64,000 nt of DNA, from NCBI GenBank assembly GCA_964247055.1, contig OZ176050.1, positions 2,976,001 to 3,040,000 of the forward strand, read 5' to 3'. The notes below the pieces were generated by a model. It had not been told where the DNA came from. It worked only from the letters and a program-made list of their open reading frames with translations, and did no database searches. Positions 40,012 through 64,000 of this stretch are shown here, one piece after another (the first letter of the stretch is position 1; every line of letters starts with the position of its first letter). A program made the translations under genes and the position numbers. The DNA comes from Paragordius varius. Lineage: Eukaryota > Animalia > Nematomorpha.

Positions 40012-42057
40012 AACTTAAGTTTGGAAAAGTTGTGGTTGTCTTTTTTTAATAACGTTTTGTCCATGTAATTTAAAATTTTTATACTGTGTATATTGAGGAA
40101 AAATGTAAAAAAATATAAAGTATTTAAAAGGGTGGCCTCTACACAAAACAATAAATGGTAAAATAAATACTATATATTTGAGTCAAAATTAACAAACACC
40201 TGCCATAAATTTTGTTGTATATTTGGTCATGTAAGCCAGCAGCACAGGTTTAAACAAAATTATTTAGTTTAATGGGAATTTAAAATAATATTTTTCTTTC
40301 TTATAGGATTGTAATAAAATTGTTGGCCATTTTTATAAAAAAAATTAATATTTTTCAATTTAGACTCAGGGTAGGTGTACGGTACCAAAAAATTTTATTT
40401 GGGGCTAATACCATTTTTCTCTTTGATTTACATTAATTAAATGATTTTGAATTTTCATAGACAATAAGATATATATATATAATTTTTGCGAGCATTTAAT
40501 TTTTTTTATTGATTTATTGCCATAACCTGAATTTATAAATTCGTTAAAACTCACCCAATCAAGAAAAATTGGAAAAAAATTTTGAAAATAATTTTAGGTA
40601 AATTTACCGAGACAGTCACATCTGTCCTATGTATTGGTATTAATAATTGATTACCTATATATAAAAAACCGATTAATTCACCTTTTATCATAGCACAACT
40701 CACTTTAATATACTTTAATCGAATATGGCTTAAAGTAATTATTATTACAGCATATATGTATAAATAATTTTATTGAGGTGTAATATAAATAATAATGTTT
40801 TTTTTTCTTACAAATTTTCTCAGCATGTCCCCCTTGCATACAGTAATATAAATAAATTTTAAGGATACTAATAGGTACTTGTTTTATCAACTTCTTTATA
40901 TATAAATTACATGCTTTTATTTATCACTTTGCACCTCTATAATCTAATTTAAAGTTGCGCCATAAATATCAACTAATGGAGCATGCCAGCTTACAGCAAC
41001 GTATACTTTAAAATTAACTATTGTGGTGATTTAACATTATTGTCTCTTGTTTTATTCCTAAATTGAGACTATATTATAATAACTCTTACATGACTGTTTT
41101 AGGGTAAAAATAGCGGGAATATTAATTTTAGGGTAAAATCTTTTTCAAATATAGGATTTGGAAATGTTATTTGAATTATATGTGTTTAATTTGATTAAAA
41201 TGGGCGCACATTGAGCCATCTTTTGCCGTAATATAAATATTTGTTCTTTATTTATTATAGCTTATGTGAAAAAATGATGTCCTATCCGCAAAAAAAGGTA
41301 TTTTCTTGTCATTAATAATTTTATACATCTCTAATATAAATATAAATGTTTAAGTTGTACTAATTTTTTTTTATTTTTTAATAATCATTACTGTATTAAT
41401 ATATAATTTTACGAAAGATAAACAGAAGGCCTTACTTATGTTGTGATACCCACATCCATACAACATACTATACCACCTTTTCCCTTTATACCTGCGATGC
41501 GATTTTGTCGTTAAAATGTCACATATAACATTTTTTTCCTTAATAATATACACGGACAACAAACACTATATTTTTTGATTCTCTGTTTTACAAAACTAGT
41601 TTCTCCAATTTGTATTAAATATCATATTCTAAAAAACCAACCAACTTAACATCACAAAAGTATTTTGTCTTGTGTATTCATAATTTTTTACCAAATTATA
41701 ATAATTAGTCGATGTCGCCTAACCTTTTTTATGATGAAATAACATTTCACAAAATTGGGAAGAGTTCAGTCCTGTTTATATCGTTTTAAACATTATTATA
41801 ACAGTATTAAATATATAATGAATTCGACGCATATATCCAACAATTATTGTTTCAAAGATATAAATTATCATCAATCATATATGGATCTTCAATTTTTTCT
41901 CAAATACAAATATCACGTCGAGCTTCTTTTTGGTAATAGAACTAGGCTTTTATTTTCACTCAAATCTGAATCCCATTCTATTGTCATTAAATGCCGCTAT
42001 TTAGAAACATCGACGAATAAAAATTCAGAAAGGATGTCGAAATTTTAGCAAAGTAGG

Positions 42058-51580
<9,523 letters not shown>

Positions 51581-53183
51581 CAGACATGCTCAATTGATTG
51601 AAAGTTAACACGGGTGTAGGATTTGAGTTTGAAAAGCAAAGTGTCAAATTATATTTTAGCTTAGAGTGTTTGACAATCATCATAGTATTATATGCATGTT
51701 TGGTGCAAAAATGACAATATCGCCCATATTATGGCATAACCTATGATCTCACCCCCCAAAAATCTCAACGAAATTCCGATAAGAATATCATTAATGATTT
51801 AACTGCTATGCAATTATATATTAAATGCATTTATTGTCTACGTAGGGACAATCATTGGAATATATATTCTAAATCTCTTCTCCGAACTATTTGTTCTATT
51901 TAACTGGGATATGATTATCTTTATAAATATAATATAATACAAACTCTATGCACATGAATACATTATAACCATTTATATTTAATAAATTGCCTTATACAAA
52001 TATAAATATGCTTTGGTATTATCTTACACACTATAAAGACGGTTAAAGTTGTCGGGCGGTTAAATTAAACTTGTATCATTTAAACTATCATATAATGTTA
52101 AATGGTTTATTATATATATTTGGTAGGTATATAGAGTTATACTTACTAAAAAACATTTTTACAAATTTAAATAGAATTTTTTAAATCAAATTAATCAATT
52201 ATCTTTAATTTTCTTAATGTCCTCTATACTATTCTATACGCAGTCTCACTATATTTATCATTTTTGTTAAATGAGTTTGTCCTTCTCTACCAAAATCAAA
52301 ATAAGCAATAAAAAAGATTTTAGAAATAATTATAACAATTGCAATTAAAGATATGATAATATAATATATATATACTCCAATGACAATGTGGCTGGCTAAA
52401 TCATCAATAAAATTTGATAATAAAAATTTTTTTTATTTTTTATTTTTGTCAACAATGTCTAAAATAATAGCGCATCGTTTATTGTTTTTAACTTTATACA
52501 TATTTTATTTATTATAGTTATCTAAATTTAAATATAAATAACTACAATATGTAATAAGCCACCATAAAACTCAATGACACCTAAATATACAATATAAAAA
52601 AACAATAAGAGAAAGAACATTTAAAAAAATGCATTAAATTTAAATAAAATAAAATATATTTTAGTTGATTTTTGAATTACCTACATTTTTCGATCTGTTC
52701 GTATGATTTCAATGAATCTTTCGATGGTAAATATTATTTGATGTTTTTGGAGAAGTATAATTACCAGTTAATTAACGTAATTTTAACGGGCACTTTTTTA
52801 TTTATTGCTATCTCTTAATAATTTTTAAAATTAAATATTATAAATGGGTTTAAAATTTCATTCTAAATTTTTTTTTAATAAAATACCATTTTATAATCAA
52901 AGTAAATTGATTTGCAATATCTGCCATAAATACTGAAACAGCAAAAATATTAAAATTTATTATGATATTTATATTGTTGTCTTGTGTCAAACATATTTTA
53001 TTGTCAAAATGACCTACACCTTCAATTATATCTCAGATAGAAAAGATTATATAAGTGAAACCTGCCTTAAGCTATTGTTCAAGTTTATCCGTATAATTTT
53101 AATTTTCTCATAATAAAGTACATAATGTTAGTTATAATTTCTTGATGTACAAAAATATTATATAAAAAAATTAAATTGAATTA

Positions 53184-53365
53184 CAGTAGCGTATGCAGTA
53201 AAAGATTGTTAGTGCAAAATAATCTTAATGAACACAAAACAGGGGGATATTATGGATATGTTTATAAATAGGACTAAATGATAATTAATATATGAAAATT
53301 GTCCCCCTGTTTTGTGTTCATTAAGATTATTTTGCACTAACAATCTTTTACTGCATACGCTACTG
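53184..53365. mobile_element. Young MITE, 182 bp, perfect 64 bp TIRs, TA target duplication (Tc1/mariner-type architecture)
   Basis: TA|CAGTAGCGTATGCAG...CTGCATACGCTACTG|TA. Arms 53182-53247 and 53302-53367 (including the TA) are exact reverse complements, separated by a 54 bp spacer. Confidence 0.9.
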
Positions 53366-56300
53366 TATACTCATCACAGAAAAAAATGTACTTATTAAAA
53401 AAAATACTATAAAGCAAAATTTGATATTTAATTAAAATTAAACGGTGTGTTAGAGCATAGTATTTGCTTAAATTTAATTATAATTTAAATTAAATTTTAA
53501 TTGTTATAATAATATAATTTATTGCATTTTAAATCACTGCACAGCGCAGGCAACAAGCCTAAAAACCAGTTATTTTTTGGCGTATGGTAAAAAACCACAA
53601 ATAGTTAAAATCACAATATATTTCCAATTACAAAACATCAATTTCGTTTATTTAGTTGGCAAAACTTAGTTTTATACCATACGTTACTGTAAACTTCATA
53701 ACCACAAGATTACAAAAAAAGATTTCTTTTATATATGAAAATATATTTAGCGAGAAATAAGTTTATATGACTAATATACAGAAATATTTCACATAAATTA
53801 TATTTTTTTACCTGTATGTTACTAAAAAACTAGCATTACTATATCTTTTTTATATTTTAAATAAAAAGTAAATATGTAAGATATAAAGAATATTTTGATA
53901 TGTCGCACGCATTTTTATATATTTTTATTTGTTTTTCCCATTTTAATTATCATTATTATTATTTTTATATTTAAAACAAATTTTTAATTTGGCTACGAAA
54001 CATTTTGATATTTCTAATCGCGTAATTATAAATAATTGACAAGATAGCCTTCCAAAAGGTTGTCTACATATATAAAATTAACTGATATTTTTATGTATTG
54101 ACGTCAAGACTCATGTGATTGAAAAAATATAAATAATATCACAATTTTGAATTATTAAATTCTGGACATAGTAAGTTATTTAATCTTTTTAATGATTTAT
54201 TTATTCCTTAAAATGAGCAAAAGTAAGGAAAAAAATTTATTCAGGGTATTGATAGGTTTGGTTTAAATTTGGATGTTTAAATTTTGGTCAAAAAAGTGGA
54301 TCAATTTTTTTAATAAATTCCAATTTTAAACATATTTGACCCGATCATTTAAGTAATTTATAGATTATTAATTTTTGACTTAAAAAGATTTAACATTTCA
54401 ATGAAATATAAATATTTGTCTGATTTAAAAGATTTTTTCTACATTTTGTACCATAAGCCTTTTTAAACTTTATCTTTGCATATCTAATATTATTTTGATA
54501 TATCTTAAAAATGGAATAATATATAAATATATATTAATGATTTTAAATTAAATGCTTAATTGATACAACGAGATCTCTAAAATCAATGAAATCAATTATT
54601 AATAATCACGTATTTTGCCCTAATATCAAACCTTGACCCAATATCTTTTTTCTCTTCAAATGTTAAAATTAAATTTTAAAAAACTTATTCAAAAAAACAA
54701 CTTTTAACATGGAGTTTACAAAAAAATTTGCGTATCCATATTAATATTTGTCACTTACTCGATAATTATTCATACATTTTTTGTTAAATAGCGATATCAT
54801 AACAACGGAGCGTTTTTACCAAAGATAAACGTAATAAGATAACAAATATTTAATATTATATATAATTCAATCTTAATGCATCAATATTTATTTGATAGCC
54901 CACTTGTATGAAAAACACATTGTAGTTAATATTTCTATTTATATAATGTAAAATGATTATTTATCCAAGGTGCAGAGTAACCTTTGTATACCCTTTTAAT
55001 ATGTGTTCATTCATTTTATCAAATTTTTGGACAAAATAAATAATGGTTGTTTTAATTTATTACTGAGCAGGAATTACCCGTTAAAAACACTCAAGTCTTA
55101 CCGCAATTTTGATTTGTTTAAAAATTGGTTGCAGTTTTTCTATTTTTTTGGTACCAATCCCTTTAATCTTAAATATGACTTAAATGCATGGTTTATGAAA
55201 CATTCATTACTGGAATGATGCACTAGATGATCCCTAAAACATTTTGAATATATTTAAAAATATCAAAAGGTCGGTTCGTAACGTCCTGATTGATATTTAA
55301 AAATATAGCTTAAGATATATGAAAACAATGGCACATCACAGTACATTGGATAAATAATTTTCGTGAAGCCAATTAATTTTAAAGGGTTAAACAAGCTGTT
55401 TCATACAGTTGCCTTAGAAGTTTCATTTTTGCAATATTAACATTTTCGATAACCGAACATCTATTTACCTTAATTGAAATATAATTTAGGTATGCATATT
55501 CCCAACTTTGCATTACTATTCTATATTTTTATTTTTATATTAATAATTGATTCTGTTGTGCTTTTTTCAATTCAATTATTTATATTATTTAATATCCGAT
55601 TTAAAATCATCTTAACGCAATATCAAAGCTTGTGACGAAAATTTTCTATAATTACTGAAACGTGCGCTAAAATAATTTTTTGATCATTGGTATAAAATTA
55701 AACTTAAGTCATTATTTTCATATGGTAGATTCACAATTTGGAAATTACCGGTTATAGATTAAGGCATAGGTGTGTTATATGTAAAAAGGAAATCATTTTT
55801 GCTATATTATCATGAATAATTTTTAAATGGTTTAACCTCTATTTTTTGTTAAATGACAACTCCACCCTAAATATTCATTGTTAAATTTTGCATTTCAAAA
55901 TTTATTGTAAAATATATCGATATCTTTTAACGCAATGTGGCTTGGAATAGCTATCGAATTCGTCATTTTCATAATTCAATATTATCGGGCCGTTCAGAAA
56001 AATAAGAAAATGGGTGTTAGTAAACTAAACCATCCCGGTATGCAGAAAAAGAAAAAACCCAAAATTTCTCATCTTTTATATTCTACCGTCCTTAGTTTCA
56101 TCTAAATTCTTTACGAATATCCATATTATTTAATTCACTCTGTAAATTTGAACAAATAAATTTATTTATTTATATTGTATATATATGTTAATATTAGAGG
56201 TTAAAATTTCATTAGTCAACTTTTTCTAATATTTGGCATTTTCTCTATAGGAGGCTAACGAAGAAGGAATTGTCTCCTCAAAATTTTATCAACTTTTAAG

Positions 56301-58071
56301 ATTATAACAATTTGTGGAATTTCGGATAGCTTAGAAACATAAACGACAACCATAAGCCTTGTTTATATTATTTGTCTGTATATTACAATTTTAGTTTTAT
56401 GTTGTATTAAAACCCCATTTTTTTTAATCACTTAAAACCCGTATCTTCTCTATGTTTGAGATTGGCAACTTGATGTGGCAGATAAAAGGGCGTGGTCATA
56501 TACATTAAAAAGTTCAGTATGCTAAAAATTTAAAAACCCTTGTTGAATATAGATTTAACATTTTGTGACTTTTAATATTATATTTGGTCCAAACTTTTGC
56601 CATTTATATGTCATAGATATTTATGATTTAAAAATAATATACATCTGAACCTAACATTTTAATACTTCCTATTAAAAAACTGTATTGTCAATCATAATTT
56701 GATAAAATGTGCATTGATATCTATGCCAACAAATTTAGTTTTCGCTAAAAATATTTGACAAATATTTTTTATATCAAATAACCATATATTTGCATTTTTT
56801 CTGCCATTTTATGTGGACTAAAAATAATTTTCATTTATTTAAAGTGTTTATACATGCATATTTAATATTTACATCATACGTTTTCATTTTACAGTTGGGA
56901 GCTCAATTCGTTTTAAATACATGAATGCATTATTTGTATTAAATATCACTAAAAATGGTTTTGAAACCACGACGTTCTACCCTAAGAATTAAAATGGTTT
57001 GATAATCAAACCGAATTATAAAAATAAAAACTCAAGCAATCACTGCATAATTTGTCATTTTTTGATAGGGGCGTAGTTCTTTAAATAACATCTTTTTAAG
57101 CCCAAAACACTAATACTGTTATCCTAATCATATTTTATATTGATTATGATTAGCAGATCTTTTAGGAAATGTGCGATATCGTTATAATTTATAGGAATTA
57201 ATATTAATTACTTCGAGTTTGATACTAAAGTTAAATTATTTTATTCAATTTTATATTCTAATATAGATATTGCGCTATAAAATTGAGCCGACATACAATT
57301 AAATATGCATGAAATAATAGAAAATTCTACCAATTATAATAGTAAAATATTAGCTTCGAATATGCCTGCAGAAGATTTCGTAGGCACCTTAAACAATATA
57401 AATCATTTGAATTGCCACAATACCAATCCAAAATATGGCGGGAACGGAAAAAATGGAATGGTTGATTTGAAAGAATTAATAGCTTATGGGGATGATCAAA
57501 AAAGCCGAACCAAACACTATAAATACGGTCTAAGTTTTGACGTAGATAATTATCAACCCATAACTGTGCGCAAAAAACGGTAATATATGTACAAATCAAA
57601 CTTATGATTAAAATTTTCGATGAACATAGGATAGGATGGAAAAATATAAATTGTTATATTAGACTTTCATTATTCAAAGGCCCTGGTAATTTTCCAATAA
57701 AATATCATATAAAAATTTATTATGAAACTGTAAAATCAAAAAATCTAAGAAAGCAGGACAGAAATGTTGTCACCACATTAATTGAACTATGTCTTTCGGT
57801 CTTAAGCTACCTACTACTTATTAGTCAAAAATCGATATATATCCATTTATACATTGCAATAAAACCATGGATTTAATATAAAGTTACAATTTATCATTAT
57901 GTGCACAATACTATTAGTTTTTAACACTTTTTCATTATTTTATTTTGGCTTTAAATCTCATTTTATACTGTTATGATGAGGAAAAATTCCTAAATAACAT
58001 TTAATAATCATAAAATGACCAATATTTTGGTTTAAAAATAATTATATATCAACTATAACTGTTCAATAATT

Positions 58072-60734
58072 ATGTCAATTTCATCAAACAGCATTCAGAT
58101 ACAGAGGATAATAGAGAGTTTGGGGCTAACTCAACACCCAACGGAAAATGGTTATTATAAAGAAATATTCCGATCACAATTACACGTAAATGTTAAATCC
58201 GAGAAATGTCCTTCAAATTCTATACAGAACACTAAAGAAAATCATCCCCTTGATAAAACAAATGATACTAATGAGCCTGATCTACTCAGAAAGATATGGA
58301 GTGATGAAACCCTATTGAAGTGTTTAGAAAAATCAGAATCCATATCTGTAGATAACTATAAAAGGTAATGATTGCGATATTTTTGCGATCTTTAAATTTT
58401 ATATGTGATTTTCTAATTGAAATTTCCTAGGAATTTTTGTACTGGGCTGTATTACCTCCTAAATGGGACTGACATATCTCCTTGGCACAGATTTAAAAAT
58501 TCCGATGCTATTTGGATGTTTCATACTGGCTCCACATTGAACGTAAATTTTTTCAATTAATCATTTTAAGACATTATTAATGAGAATAAATTACTGCTAA
58601 TTTTCGCGATAGCCAAAAAAATATTTTGCTTATTTTTATGCTTGCAAAACAATATCTGATATACGATGGTGTTTTGGTTCTCCTCATGTCATATATTTAT
58701 TCCTAATAATAAAATTTAGGCCAGAGGTTTCAAAAAGGGGAGCAACGCTCCTCTATGATGGCGTAGAATAATTAAAGGGGAGGGGGGGCGAGAGTTTTGG
58801 AGAATTTAATTAAAAAATAAAACTAGAAACAAATTTCGGTGCGGATTATCAAGATTTCTCACCGATATGGAAAAAATATTTCAAAAATTGCAGATATAAG
58901 GATATCAATGATTAAGTATTTTAATATGTAATATTTTACATTATATCTTGGATTTTTTTAAGAGGGGGGCGCAAGAATTTTTGTTTTCAATTAGGTGGGG
59001 CGTGAACAAAAAAGGTTGGGAACCACTAATTCAGGCAAAGAAAATTATAAACAACATGATCATATCTTTTAATTTCCTTCTTATGCTTATATATATTTTA
59101 TAATAGAAATAAATTTTAAAAATAGCGCTGGAAAATTGGTATTAGCAAACAAAAAATGGTAAATATATAGGGTTTTACTTAGTTTGATAATTATAAAAAA
59201 CTCTCCACAAATAAATATGTAATGAGCAATCAGTATCCATTTAACAATAACGGCAGTTAATGCTAGATATTTAATTTGAAAAAAGGGCAAAATAACAAAT
59301 GATACGCACATAGGTTTGACGCCAGAAACAGGTTCCTGGACGCTTGTAATTAAATAGACGCATTTTAACCATTTAACTCTGAAATTTATTTATAGAAAAA
59401 GATAAATTTACAAAATATTGAAAACTAGTCAAATAGGTAAGTCTTTGCAATCGTCGTACCATAATACAATATTAAAATTATTTGCCGCTAATGTCATGAA
59501 CCATAAGCAGTGCAAAGCTATACAAATACTGTTGAGGGATTGCAATTAAGATATCTGTTTCACATAACTTGTCTTTTTTACTTTGGGATTTTGTTTGTTG
59601 TGAAAGTTTTAAGGAAATATTCGTAATTTACGGCTAAACTTGCATGTTAAATAAAGCCAAGATTTATAGCAAGTCTTACAACTAAATTCTTTTTATTTTG
59701 TATCGATCGAAAAAAAGATATATATAATAACCGAAACCGGTAAATACAAATTAAAAAAATTGGGCAACAAAATCGTGACAAGGGATAGCCTTACTAACTA
59801 TGAAGTGCACATAAAGGCAAATACGTGGTTTGCTTGTGAAGTGGATGACAAAAATAATTATTGTTTAGCTACTGTTACTATGACCCCAAGTAATTTTAAT
59901 TTCAGCTTTTCATAAATAGACTATTCTCAATAAATTATTTTCATAAATTACACAATATATATAGGTTATGAAGAAGGGGAAATGGAAATAGCCAGGAAAG
60001 AAGATTTGATTAAACAGTATCCACAGCACATTGATGTCATCTCAAAACTATTTGTCCCCAAAACCGAATCTGACATCAGCGTATTATCCTTGATAGATAA
60101 TGATGATACCAATCCAAAAGAATTGTTGGATGATATATCATCGGTTGAAAGATTGCCATTTTCAGGTGAACGGTCAGCTGGATACATGCATGAAAGAGAT
60201 TCTGGACACAGCAGTAGTTCCCATTCTTCTGTACGCGGTAGCAGCGGAGATTTTTGTAACATTTCGAATCAGGATATTGAATCTATTCGATCTGCATCGC
60301 ATTGCGCGGACGAGGAATCATTAGAAACTCTTGAACAGATAAATTCTATACATTTATTGGACAACAATTATAGTAAGGGTAATCACAACAAAGACACATT
60401 GATGGCTAAGACACCCACAAAAAACACCGTTGGAGCGGCTAGTAATAAACTTAGCTTAAAATCTGAAAAGAATGATAATGAGAAAAATGTTGAAATGCCT
60501 AAATATAAAGATAATACCTTGCAAAACTATGTCAATGGTGAAGTGAATCAAAAAGCAAAATTATTTGAAGGGCAGAAAGAAACCCCTAAAACAAAGCATA
60601 AAGATACGACCCTGCTTGGAAAAGCGGAACAAAAAATTAGGAATAAGCACCTAAATCTCAATAGATCACATAATAATTCACCTATCGAATCTAATTTACA
60701 GCATGATATTATTTATGTAAATAAAAAACATTAG
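58072..60734 (+). CDS. DUF985 / Cupin_5 family protein (yeast YML079W/Cff1-like) with a long low-complexity C-terminal tail, ~448 aa
   Basis: Exons 58072-58364, 58431-58542, 59718-59889, 59965-60734, with consistent phases. Motifs IIESLGLTQHPTENGYYKEIFRS, RNFCTGLYYLL..SPWHRF..SDAIWMFH, IYII..G..LG, ANTWFACE and TMTPSYE..EMEIARKEDLIKQYPQH match the family pattern (HPEGG.YRE; STAIYFLL; WHR; G.WFAA; V.PGF.F.DFE). A possible extra 3' exon 60865-60876 (VTM*) via a donor at 60717. Confidence 0.8.
58722..59028. mobile_element. hAT-like MITE with 8 bp TSD, in cupin intron 2
   Basis: Termini cagaggtttcaaa ... ggttgggaaccacta, flanked by atttaggc and attcaggc (7/8 match). Confidence 0.75.
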
Positions 60735-61289
60735 ATTATATATTTAGACGCTTTCAACTTATTTATCGAAATTATAATTATTTTTTTTAAATATCATATA
60801 AACACATGCACATATTATTTCATTTACATTATGCATTCATCCAACATTTTAATATTATTTTCAGGTAACTATGTAGAGCATTTAACCGTATCATAATTTT
60901 ATAATAAATTTATCTCCGATTCAAAAATGGTTTTAATATTATTAATAATTTATAGTCCTTTGATCGGGCAACTGGAACACTAGTGTTGGGTACAAGTACA
61001 ACCACGGTTTTTCCGTATTCCACCATTTAATTGTGCATTCAAAAATTTTATTAATATCTTCTAAAGCTTTACTAACGCCAAAAATGATTGTGAGCATTGA
61101 AAATTTACACCATAAAAAGTATTGAAACTTTCTGCGAAATCGTCACTATGGACAATTAAATGATCAATCAGACTTTATTGATTTTAGAAAATAAAATTGT
61201 AGTAGTTCATTGTTTTATTATTTCTTTATCCATCATATGTGTAGGATATTAAAAAAAAATATATGGATAAAAAACAATATTTATGGTCA

Positions 61290-61874
61290 TCTATATATTT
61301 CTAAAATTGGAAAACTCTGGCTTTATGATCTGTTTCCGGAAAACCGGTAAACCCATTCAAATCCAAATATCGAAAAATATAATCATTAATGAATGCCCCG
61401 ACAATAGCTTCGCCCTTTTTTGAATTAGGCTCCCAGTTTGGGCCCACCCCGTACAAAAAACGGGTTTTTTGAAAACATGAGTCCACAAAAATCGTGTCTT
61501 TGAGACAATTTTCCGGAGAACGTGTTGGACCATTTTATTTCAAATATGATTTTTATTTACTTATTTTCTATTGCGCCGAACATAGTCGGCTCGCTTTTTA
61601 ATTTAGGCCCTCCTTGTACCCGCTCTCCCCGTAATATGCCATTTTTTTAAAAAAACAAAGTCCACAAAAATAATTTTTTGAATCTATTTTTCGCCCAAGT
61701 AAACAATAATATTAGTATGAATGCACCGTTTTAAAATTCCTATGAGATCATAGCTATTAAATAATGTTTCGAAATAATCCACATGTGTGGATCATTTTAT
61801 TGTCCCTTTTTTCAAATAGCCCAGAAGTCCGAAGGACTTCCTCGGGCTGCGTAGCAGCACGAGATTTATGCTAG
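61290..61874 (+). mobile_element. Non-autonomous Helitron, 585 bp, intact ends
   Basis: a|TCtatatattt ... cgggctgcgtagcagcacg hairpin ... CTAG|t. Colinear with 36966-37546. Confidence 0.88.
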
Positions 61875-64000
61875 TTTAATATAAAAAATCAAGAATTGTA
61901 AATAAAATCATAATTTATTATAACATTAAATAGCCAAATGTGTAAGCATAAATCTAGGTAATAAGTTTTCAGAGGTATTATTTATATGACTCAAATTGCA
62001 CCAAATTCAGTCGTCAGACTATTCCTCAGATCTGAAGATATGAAATTTAGCCTGAAAATGTTCTTGTTATGCTATGAGCTTTAATATGTACCGCTAATGT
62101 AACCTTATACATGATAAAATTTTAATATTTGCAAAATCTGTGGCCATAAAATTTGAGGTCCTCGTGTAGACCGTGGGCCTCGGTTTGCCTCCAACTAATA
62201 TATAGTGTGGCATCATTTTTGCCGTTATAGGTAATTGATTATTATTATAGACGCTATTTATGGTTTTTTACCATATTCATTAATTAATAAGGCGAAAGTT
62301 TTTAATCTGCAGATTGAATCTAAGAAAATTATTTATGTGGTCTTCTTCAAGTGTTAAAGGTAAGATATTCAAAAATGTCAACATGGTAAATCCATTTCAA
62401 TCGGATACGAGATGAATATGTTACCATATGATCATTTTTTAAATTTTATCTTAACAGCAAATAAAGTTATGATGGTCATTCCATGATGGGAAACTAGAAG
62501 TTCGGTTATTATACAATCAATTATATATTAATTTAAGCAATAAATTATTTTATTTCTTAAACCGTGTGGGAACCACTTTTTGGAGATAAAACCATATTAT
62601 CAACAGCATTTAAAAAACCAATGAAATAGAATGAGTTTATTTTATATTCCATTTTATAGCTACATCATACCTAAACAGTTCTTCCTTATAGTCTTTGTGT
62701 ACAAATATGAGGTAAATTATTCTTTAAAATCATTAAGATATTGGAAATTAAATTTTTCTAGGTTACTTATGGATCGACAACTGCTTTCTGGCCAACTCAC
62801 ATATAAAAACAAATAGTGATCTGTTTCAACCTTAACAATTTATTATGTTTTTATTCTTGCATAACATTTTTAGGGTAGTTTTCTCTCGAGCATAAGGCAA
62901 TAAACAAACTATTGTTATGAAAGTTTTGTTTGATATTTCGTTGTCAAACGATTTTATATTGTATAAAAAAATTAAAATTTTTGCAGTTTTTTTATAATAT
63001 CATTAAAACGAACAGCTGATATTTAAAAAAATATCAAATACTTGCTGGTTAATTGTAAAATGAAAGCTATCAAATTTAATTTTTGATATTTTCCACTAGA
63101 ATATATTATTTACTTCTGTTAGAGATTAAAATAAATTAAGAATAAAATTGGCAACGAAAAAGTTTGAGATGGGGATTATTTTACAATTACATGTTTTTTT
63201 AAACTTTTGTATCATGCGGCTAAAAGGCTAAAGTAATTTTAAATTTGGTCCTAAAATATTTTTTATGATATTTAAATTTATGGCCTTAGGGTATAAAACT
63301 ACCAAAAGGTAAATGAAGTTAACACTTCGATTCTTGGGGTTAAACCTGAAAAAATTTAACTTTTCTAAAAAACTACTGAAGGAAACAGTATTAATCTAAA
63401 TTTATCCTTCTATCCTAATAAAAATTATATAAAATAGCCAACATAAAAATTCGTTTTGAAAAAAGTTACATGTGAAACCACTTAGACGCCATTTTTATTT
63501 ACAAAAATTTTACAAAATATCGTGTTTATTTAATTCTAATGAAGCTAATATTTTTATTTAAATTACATCACATTGATAGATATGGAAAAGTGGTTTAATT
63601 TGTATTATTATTCAATTTTCTTAAAGCAGATATGTTAACAAATTTTTACCTTTTGCTATTTACATTAAAAAAACAAATATCAAGTATTTTTGAATAAATA
63701 ATTAACATATTTCGGTTTATTGTTATATAGGTGCAAAATTTTGCCATGATTTCGATCCCTTCTATATTTTTTAAAATACTAATTTTAAACAGGCCTGGGG
63801 TATCCAAATACCCCAATTTAAATCGAAGGACAGAAATGAATATCTTGTATCCAAGTGTTAAGGGAGTGTAATTTGGGAAATAAAATCACCAAGTGCTACC
63901 CCATTCGATATTTATAAAGTCGGATGAGGTGTTGTTGAGAGATTCTGACGATTCATATAACTAAATGCTATTCCTTGCATGTTTTATCAAATTTAATTAA

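Noticed and set aside
57305-57583. 92 aa ORF upstream of the cupin gene
   Set aside because: It looks somewhat coding-like in composition, but I found no motif or convincing splice link to the cupin exons; left unassigned and worth an RNA-seq check.

Overview
Very AT-rich eukaryotic (animal, probably invertebrate protostome) genomic DNA with short GT-AG introns; the species cannot be determined from this window. I assembled by hand three complete multi-exon + strand genes with consistent splice phases: a 19-exon GABA-B receptor subunit 2-like GPCR (19842-35352, ~1271 aa), an 11-exon CSL/Su(H)/RBPJ Notch-pathway transcription factor (42058-51580, ~1510 aa), and a DUF985/Cupin_5 protein (58072-60734, ~448 aa). 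A fourth gene fragment on the - strand, absent from the ORF track, consists of three short exons that each encode an NPF motif (5121-3281). The window opens inside a ~1.04 kb-period dimeric tandem array derived from a non-autonomous Helitron, and two intact dispersed members of the same family lie at 36966-37546 and 61290-61874. The rest is MITE-like elements (hAT-like, TA-flanked, foldback-like, long-TIR) and (TA)n tracts. The most notable features are: CSL with a ~935 aa N-terminal arm carrying a PLDLS CtBP-type motif, with CSL-binding sites clustered around its own 5' end; a GABA-B2 with a ~160 aa N-terminal extension and a ~125-130 aa insertion inside the Venus-flytrap domain; an intron-containing animal member of the yeast Cff1/YML079W cupin family; and the NPF exon-duplication gene. 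No database searches were run, so family assignments rest on recalled motifs.
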